Origin: a virus
Taxonomy: Duplodnaviria; Caudoviricetes
Strand: one strand, 5' to 3'
Length of the DNA stretch: 35,938 bases
Virus record (IMG/VR): IMGVR_UViG_3300006129_000017
Location: 1-35,938 of that record
The notes under the pieces were generated by a model. That model searched no databases, had not been told where the DNA came from, and saw only the letters and a list, made by a program, of their open reading frames with translations. Within the stretch, counting starts at the first letter, position 1, and each line of letters begins with the position of its first letter. The position numbers and the translations under genes were made by a program. This document shows positions 33,065-35,938 of this stretch, one piece after another.

Positions 33065-33111
33065 TTACTCAAAGTCAGATTTTCTATTTACATCAATCTT
33101 ACTCATGGTAA
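33065..33111. promoter_or_regulatory. Left operator: two TTAC-N5-GT(C/A)A sites in the early-left promoter
   Basis: TTACTCAAAGTCA (33065-33077) and TTACTCATGGTAA (33099-33111), flanking a -35-like TTTACA. Confidence 0.75.
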
Positions 33112-33139
33112 TGTCCCCCCATCGAACGGGGAGACACCC

Positions 33140-33376
33140 ATGCAATCGCACGCAAAGACGCGAACCTTGGCCAGCGGATTTCTGGTCGCCGTCAAGAAGC
33201 AGATCTCGGCCCCTTTGGGCACACCGCTGGGCGAAGCGCTTTTTAAGCTGAGCAACGGCGGCTCGATCAACTGGGTCTGCACCACGCGCGGCCGGATCTA
33301 CTGCGTGGTCAACAGCAAGGGCCTCGCCCGCATCCGCGCCTACCTCGCGCTTCAAGCGCAGCAGGTGGCGGCATGA
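33140..33376 (+). CDS. Early-left hypothetical protein, 78 aa
   Basis: GGGGAG SD; first gene after the left operator. Confidence 0.7.
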   Translation: MQSHAKTRTLASGFLVAVKKQISAPLGTPLGEALFKLSNGGSINWVCTTRGRIYCVVNSKGLARIRAYLALQAQQVAA

Positions 33377-33540
33377 CCTGCTCCCACCGCGCCCTGATCG
33401 ACGAGATCCGCACCGCCGTCACTGACTTCGACAGCGCCCGCAACTGGGCTGAGAAGGTCGAGGCTTTGAACAACATGCGCCGCGCCGCGCAGCTTCTGGC
33501 GACCGCGCGCAACGCTGACGTCTGGAGGTTTTCCCGATGA
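33373..33540 (+). CDS. Hypothetical protein, 55 aa
   Basis: Hand-translated MTCSHRALIDEIRTAVTDFDSARNWAEKVEALNNMRRAAQLLATARNADVWRFSR; ATGA overlaps both ends. Confidence 0.6.
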   Translation: MTCSHRALIDEIRTAVTDFDSARNWAEKVEALNNMRRAAQLLATARNADVWRFSR

Positions 33541-33857
33541 TCACTTCGCCAAACTTTGCCTCTCAAATGCGCAAGCTTCCTATGGTCGTTAGTCCCGGCC
33601 CGAACGGTTACAGGCTCGCCTACGCTGGCGGTCCGGTGTTTGAGCCCATCGCCGACTTCGCCACGGAAGACGAGGCCTACGAGGCCCGCATTCGTCTCCT
33701 GAGCGTGATGAACCCCCGCGCGCCTGAACCCATTCCGGTGATCAAACGCTGGCATCCACTCGCGACTTTTTGCCTGACGATGGCGGCGTCAACTCTGACA
33801 TGGCTCGCGATCCTTTGCGCGCTCCGCTTCGTGCTTTCGCTCTTTGGTCAACCCTGA
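33537..33857 (+). CDS. Hypothetical protein with C-terminal transmembrane segment
   Basis: GGAGG SD; hydrophobic tail. Confidence 0.65.
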   Translation: MITSPNFASQMRKLPMVVSPGPNGYRLAYAGGPVFEPIADFATEDEAYEARIRLLSVMNPRAPEPIPVIKRWHPLATFCLTMAASTLTWLAILCALRFVLSLFGQP

Positions 33858-33874
33858 GCCATCGGAACCCGATC

Positions 33875-34168
33875 ATGCTTTTTCACAGCGCTCACATGGC
33901 CTTGGACGCGACGGATGTGGTGGAAATCAAAACCACCCAATCCCGCACGCGGCCGATCATGGCCAAATTCGGAAGCGCCAGTTTCGTTGACGATTTGGTG
34001 ATTTCGATGTCGCGGGAACGCGCCGAAGCGTTGGTTGAAAGCCTGCAGAAGGCGATCGACGAACTTTCGCCCCCGCTGACCCTTGAGACCAAATCGCTGG
34101 CGCGCAAAGCCTCGCCGTCTGATCTCGTTTCGAACGTGATCAGCATGTCAGAGGGGCGGATTTCGTGA
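33875..34168 (+). CDS. Hypothetical protein, 97 aa
   Basis: Start MLFHSAHM; in the early-left operon. Confidence 0.6.
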   Translation: MLFHSAHMALDATDVVEIKTTQSRTRPIMAKFGSASFVDDLVISMSRERAEALVESLQKAIDELSPPLTLETKSLARKASPSDLVSNVISMSEGRIS

Positions 34169-34260
34169 TGCCCCGCCTGACCCTTCTCGACGCCTCGGCA
34201 TTGGCGGGCGTGATCGCCCTGATGACCGCGATGGGCTTCCTCGCCCTGAAATTCCTCTGA
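34168..34260 (+). CDS. Small hydrophobic peptide, 30 aa
   Basis: MPRLTLLDASALAGVIALMTAMGFLALKFL; TGATG-coupled. Confidence 0.5.
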   Translation: MPRLTLLDASALAGVIALMTAMGFLALKFL

Positions 34261-34279
34261 CCCTTTTCCTCCCGCGACT

Positions 34280-34312
34280 CCCCCGGCCGTTTCGGCGGTC
34301 GGGGGGCTTTTT
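34280..34312 (+). terminator. Rho-independent terminator-like hairpin
   Basis: CCCCCGGCCG-TTTCGG-CGGTCGGGGG-GC-TTTTT. Confidence 0.6.
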
Positions 34313-34324
34313 CGGAAAACAGAC

Positions 34325-35248
34325 ATGCAAGTGATCGAATGGGACGGCAAGCCAATCACCAAGCCGGGGCTTTATGCCGGGGTGCCGAACGAGGTTTATC
34401 ACGGCCAGTTGACGGAGACGCCAAGCGTGTCCCGCTCGGGGCTCTGGCGGATCTTTGATGAGTCCCCGCGCCATTATTGGCACGACAGCTACCTAAACCC
34501 GAACCGGGAGGTCGAGGAGAAAAGCGACGCGATCAACCTTGGATCTGCGACGCATCACCTGATCTTGGGTGAAGCCAACTTTTGCAGGCAGTTCGTGGTG
34601 AGGCCCGAGAAGTGGGACAGCTGGCGCACCAACGACGCCAAGGCATGGCGCGAGGAAATGATTTCCCGAGGGCTAACGGTCCTTGAGGCGAAACACCTCG
34701 ACCTGATCCGGGGCATGGCGGAAAGCCTCGCCCAAGAGCCGATGGTCAAAGCTGGCATCCTGAACGGCTTGATCGAGCACAGCTTGGTATGGCGAGACAA
34801 GGAAACGGGCGTCTGGCTCAAAGTTCGGCCCGACTGCATCCCGACCGACGGTACGGACATCGGTGATTTAAAAACGACAGCGCGGATTTTTGACGACGAC
34901 CTCCAGCGCAGCATCAGCGACACCGGCATGAACATTCAGGCCGCAATGATCGCAGAGGGCTTCCGCGAAGTCCTTGGCATCGAGGTCACCTCGTTCAACC
35001 CGATCTTCGTCGAGTCCAAGCCGCCCCACTGCGTCCAGATCAAGACCATGCTGCCCGAGGACGTAGAACTCGGACACCGCCAGTTTCGGGTCGCCCTGCG
35101 CCGGTTCGCCCGGTGCGTTGAGAAGGGCGTCTGGCCGGGCCCAGGCGGTCACCAACAGGATGCGACCTATGCGGGCTTGACCCCTTGGGCGCGAACAGCC
35201 GCCGAGCGGCGAATTTCAATCATCGAAGCGGAACTGGAGTTCGCATAA
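34325..35248 (+). CDS. RecE/exonuclease VIII-like PD-(D/E)XK nuclease (DUF3799-like)
   Basis: PGLYAGVPNEVYH, VSRSGL, LGSATH, IEHSLVWRDKETGVWLKVRPD, GDLKTT. Confidence 0.85.
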   Translation: MQVIEWDGKPITKPGLYAGVPNEVYHGQLTETPSVSRSGLWRIFDESPRHYWHDSYLNPNREVEEKSDAINLGSATHHLILGEANFCRQFVVRPEKWDSWRTNDAKAWREEMISRGLTVLEAKHLDLIRGMAESLAQEPMVKAGILNGLIEHSLVWRDKETGVWLKVRPDCIPTDGTDIGDLKTTARIFDDDLQRSISDTGMNIQAAMIAEGFREVLGIEVTSFNPIFVESKPPHCVQIKTMLPEDVELGHRQFRVALRRFARCVEKGVWPGPGGHQQDATYAGLTPWARTAAERRISIIEAELEFA

Positions 35249-35880
35249 TGGCGCAAGCCCTGAAAGTCCTTGAGCAAGAAGTCGCCCTCGTCAAACAGGT
35301 CGAGGCCACACCTTCCATCGTCCTGCTGAACCCTGAGATCCGCAAGCCTTTCATCGCGGAGGTCCGGCGCACGGTCGAGGCCCACGTTCCCGATGTGACG
35401 ACGACGAAAGGCCGCAAAGCCATCGCCTCGCTCGCTTACGATGTGGCGCAGACGAAGACGGCCATCACGCGAGCGGCCAAAGCGCTGACGGAAGAAGCGC
35501 GCCAGCAAATCAACATGGTCAACGCCGAGCGCAACGCGATCGAAGACGAATTGCAGGCGATCCAGGATCTGGCGCGCAAGCCGCTGACCGAATGGGAAGC
35601 GCAGCAGGCGCGCTATAGGGAAGCCTTCGACGCCGAGAAGCGCCGGGCCGATGAAGCCGAAGCCGCGCGCATCGCTGAGCAGCAGCGCATCGCTGACGAA
35701 GCCGCCGCCAAGAAGGCCGCAGACGACAAACGCGCCGCCGATCAAAGGCACCGGGCCAAGATCATGCTCGCGGCGGCGGCGGCTTTGATGCGCAAGCACG
35801 AGCTCGGGCAGGAACTGGCGGAAGCCATCGTCCTCAACATTGCGGCGGGAAACATCCCGCACGGCACCATTAATTTCTGA
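35248..35880 (+). CDS. Conserved coiled-coil phage early protein
   Basis: PDVTTTKGRKAIASLAYDVAQTKT and RKPLTEWE motifs recurrent in lambdoid recombination regions. Confidence 0.75.
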   Translation: MAQALKVLEQEVALVKQVEATPSIVLLNPEIRKPFIAEVRRTVEAHVPDVTTTKGRKAIASLAYDVAQTKTAITRAAKALTEEARQQINMVNAERNAIEDELQAIQDLARKPLTEWEAQQARYREAFDAEKRRADEAEAARIAEQQRIADEAAAKKAADDKRAADQRHRAKIMLAAAAALMRKHELGQELAEAIVLNIAAGNIPHGTINF

Positions 35881-35887
35881 GGGCGCT

Positions 35888-35938
35888 ATGACCAACACAG
35901 CCGTCGCCACGCCGCCTAAAGCGCAATCGACAGCCGAG
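35888..35938 (+). CDS. Start of next early gene (partial; possibly the recombinase partner)
   Basis: GAGGG SD then MTNTAVATPPKAQSTAE, open to the edge. Confidence 0.4.
   Translation, partial: MTNTAVATPPKAQSTAE

Larger units (their letters stand above)
1..35938. mobile_element. Temperate P22-like phage/prophage (partial), probable alphaproteobacterial host
   Basis: P22-type morphogenesis synteny, cI/cro switch, replication and recombination modules, GcrA homologue; no host genes recognised. Confidence 0.93.

Overview
Most of a temperate P22-like (podovirus-type) phage or prophage genome. The host is probably an alphaproteobacterium, since a GcrA homologue is present. On the minus strand, right to left: cro, CII-position gene, GcrA, SNF2-type helicase, DNA methyltransferase, DnaB, replication initiator with internal ori, a late-regulator-position gene, terS, a relocated gp26-like needle gene plus small genes, terL, portal, scaffold, coat, gp4/gp10/gp14-like genes, three ejection proteins and a tailspike running off the left edge. 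On the plus strand: cI (HTH + S24), a lipoprotein and the early-left arm with a RecE-like nuclease. No integrase, att site or lysis cassette was recognised. The standout is a compact operon at about 1512-3354, in the slot where P22 carries immI (mnt/arc/ant). It has a TTGACA promoter flanked by two inverted 16-bp operators and a divergent RHH repressor. The promoter drives an 89-aa ORF, a stand-alone Cas7/RAMP-like protein, a 157-aa partner and a non-coding array of two 64-nt units (GGCA + 12 GGY-NN-type pentamers) closed by a terminator. This looks like a CRISPR-independent RNA-guided system in which the variable dinucleotides carry the targeting code (VIPR-like, from recollection, unverified). 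Also notable: a tRNA-like cloverleaf with a 12-nt anticodon-arm insertion and an H-type pseudoknot in the late leader. All family assignments come from motif recognition and synteny, not database searches.
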